45,069 nucleotides of DNA from an uncultured Pseudomonadales bacterium. Its GTDB lineage: Bacteria > Patescibacteriota > Microgenomatia > UBA1400 > PJMF01. The DNA is taken from positions 1 to 45,069 of the forward strand of contig CAYXMW010000001.1 in NCBI GenBank assembly GCA_964466145.1, in the 5' to 3' direction. Shown piece by piece: positions 43,298 to 45,069 of the stretch (position 1 is the stretch's first letter; every line of letters starts with the position of its first letter). Made by a program: the position numbers and the translations under genes. The notes under the pieces were generated by a model. It was not told the origin of the DNA, searched no databases, and saw nothing but the letters and a program-made list of their open reading frames with translations.

Positions 43298-44341
43298 CTA
43301 CTCCGTAATAGATTCTGCTAAATTTTGTGAGGTTTCCACAATTGAACCCAAATCAACTTTATGCAAAACTGTCTCCTTAGTTTCTTCACCAACTTTCATC
43401 TCAACTTTGACATCACCGTTCTCTAATGTCTCTCCACTAAGAGCTATCTGCCTAGCCCACTTATCACTCATTTCAGCTGGCATCCACTCACCATTATCAC
43501 CCAGTTGCATTTTTATCCAATCAGAATCACCCTCAATATGAGTGGCACCCTCAGACCAGGTTGGCTGAGAACTATGAACTAATAGTCTAACTTCATGAAT
43601 GGGACCATGAGGGCTGGCCACTACTTGCTTATCTGGAAAATGTTTATTATCTACTTTTGTACCAGCTGTATACCAAACTGAGGCTTTAGTCCTATCACTA
43701 AAACTTAATCTTTCATCAAACTGATTAACATGAGTTTCCAGCCCATCAGAGCTTAATTTAACTCCCTCAATATTTTGCTCTCTTAAGGTTTCAGGTAATA
43801 ATTGACCGCCACTTAAAGTTACTTCCACCATTCTTCTTTCACTATCAGGGCCAACTAATGGTTTTTGAACATCAAAACCAAAATATGCTCCTGAAGAATA
43901 ATGCTGCCCATCTACTTCTCCAGAGCCAATGTAACCATCAACTCTATTAAGATTGCCCCAATAATCTCTAGAATCTATTATTCCATTCCAAGCAGAAAAC
44001 TTAGCCTGAGCATCTGTGTCTTTATATCTAATATCACGAGTTTGATAGTTACCACTGTGACTTCTTTGAGCCCAATTATAGTCATCTCTTTCCATTCTAT
44101 CTTGCTGTTGAGGATCATTCCATAAATTATCAAATCTCTGAGCTAAATTTTCTAACTTATCTATGACCTCATCTTGTTTCATTTCTTCTGGAGTAGCTAT
44201 TTTTTCAGCCACCCACCTGGAAGCAGCATTTTTATCTGAATGCTCTTGCCCATATATACTCTCTTTTATTTTTTTTCTAAGACCAGACAACATTCCTTTA
44301 TGTTTTAATTCAACATCCTGACCACCCATTGTTTCAACCAT
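43298..44341 (-). CDS. Orphan 347-aa acidic, Trp/Asp/Gly-rich protein with no recognisable domain
   Basis: Long ORF with AGGGAG SD. No signal peptide or TM. I recognise no family motif. Confidence 0.55.
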   Translation of the reverse strand: MVETMGGQDVELKHKGMLSGLRKKIKESIYGQEHSDKNAASRWVAEKIATPEEMKQDEVIDKLENLAQRFDNLWNDPQQQDRMERDDYNWAQRSHSGNYQTRDIRYKDTDAQAKFSAWNGIIDSRDYWGNLNRVDGYIGSGEVDGQHYSSGAYFGFDVQKPLVGPDSERRMVEVTLSGGQLLPETLREQNIEGVKLSSDGLETHVNQFDERLSFSDRTKASVWYTAGTKVDNKHFPDKQVVASPHGPIHEVRLLVHSSQPTWSEGATHIEGDSDWIKMQLGDNGEWMPAEMSDKWARQIALSGETLENGDVKVEMKVGEETKETVLHKVDLGSIVETSQNLAESITE

Positions 44342-44488
44342 AATAACTCCCTAAAGATATACTATTACTACCATAGTACTAAAAATTAAATTTTTTATAA
44401 ACAAGTGACTGGATTTTGTTTTTGACTTGGTCAGACATTGGTTTCATTATAATCTGAAATGAATTGGATTTATTTACCCAAACCAATC

Positions 44489-45069
44489 CTAGTTTTGCAA
44501 AGTTCTAGTACTAGATGATAGCTTTGCGTGACTATTTCTACTGTTGATAAACACCCACTTAATCATCTCCACTAGCATCAATTGGCCAAGCCCTAAAGCC
44601 AGTAGGCTGATCATAGTTTTAGCGCTCAGGCTAGTGGTATCAAGCAATGCCTGCAGTGGAGCCCAATAAACACTAGCTATAATGGCCAAAAAGCTAACAA
44701 ATACCGACACCAACATAAACTTATTATTTAACAAATTCTCATGCCAGATATTTTTTCTTAAGCTCTTTACAGAGAACAGATAGAGCAATGAATCGGTTGC
44801 TAGTAATACAAAAATGATTGTTCTGATCTCAATCATGGGGGTGCCAATATTTCTTAACCAACCATACAAAACTAACATCAAGATATCCACCAAGCTCACA
44901 ATCACAATTATAGTTACCATCTCACTATCAATAATTGACTTTTCTTTACCTTTCGGAGCATCCTCCATCACTTGATCATCACTCGTTTCGAAGGCTAGGG
45001 ATAGACCTGGTAAACTATCTTCCACAAGATTAACCCACAGAATTTGAACAGCAGTAATCGGTAGTGGCC
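44489..45069 (-). CDS. P-type cation-transporting ATPase, C-terminal part (5' end outside the window)
   Basis: The frame stays open to the window edge and reads PLPITAVQILWVNLVEDSLPGLSLAFE, the TM6-type motif of P2-type ATPases. It is followed by the Cation_ATPase_C-like TM bundle. Confidence 0.85.
   Translation of the reverse strand, partial: PLPITAVQILWVNLVEDSLPGLSLAFETSDDQVMEDAPKGKEKSIIDSEMVTIIVIVSLVDILMLVLYGWLRNIGTPMIEIRTIIFVLLATDSLLYLFSVKSLRKNIWHENLLNNKFMLVSVFVSFLAIIASVYWAPLQALLDTTSLSAKTMISLLALGLGQLMLVEMIKWVFINSRNSHAKLSSSTRTLQN

Overview
AT-rich, gene-dense chromosomal segment with about 48 protein genes and short intergenic gaps. I found no rRNA, tRNA, CRISPR array, transposase or integrase. 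Gene content is mostly housekeeping. It covers envelope and division functions (mltG, ruvX, sortase, RodZ-like, LCP, LemA/TPM, ytxG/ytxH-like), translation (alaS, prmC, map, an M29 aminopeptidase, dus, a DEAD-box helicase), and central carbon metabolism (tkt, fba, fbp, prs, malQ-glgA-glgP). It also has metK behind a SAM-I riboswitch, two extracytoplasmic thiol-redox modules, an ECF sigma module and a partial P-type ATPase. The compact proteins and gene repertoire resemble a streamlined CPR/Patescibacteria-type genome; that is inference, not a database result. Three signals stand out beyond standard annotation. (1) Three mini-ORFs of 21, 37 and 25 codons share the nucleotide core ATACCAGCTAA(A/T)TTT, peptide [F/C]-IPA-[K/N]-F. 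Each ends with a TGA that overlaps the ATG of a downstream gene (lemA, a Nudix hydrolase, glgA). (2) A -10-like hexamer (TAnAAT-type) sits 6-9 nt upstream of the ATG of about 18 genes, including genes that directly follow another gene's stop codon. This is the geometry expected for leaderless mRNAs; the remaining genes carry ordinary purine-rich SD sites. (3) A Cys-rich BlaI/CopY-type repressor has no sensor partner, and its ACTACA-N3-YGTAGT dyads overlap the -10 boxes of its own promoter and of a DsbA-like/CcdA operon. I could not run any searches, so every novelty statement remains to be tested.
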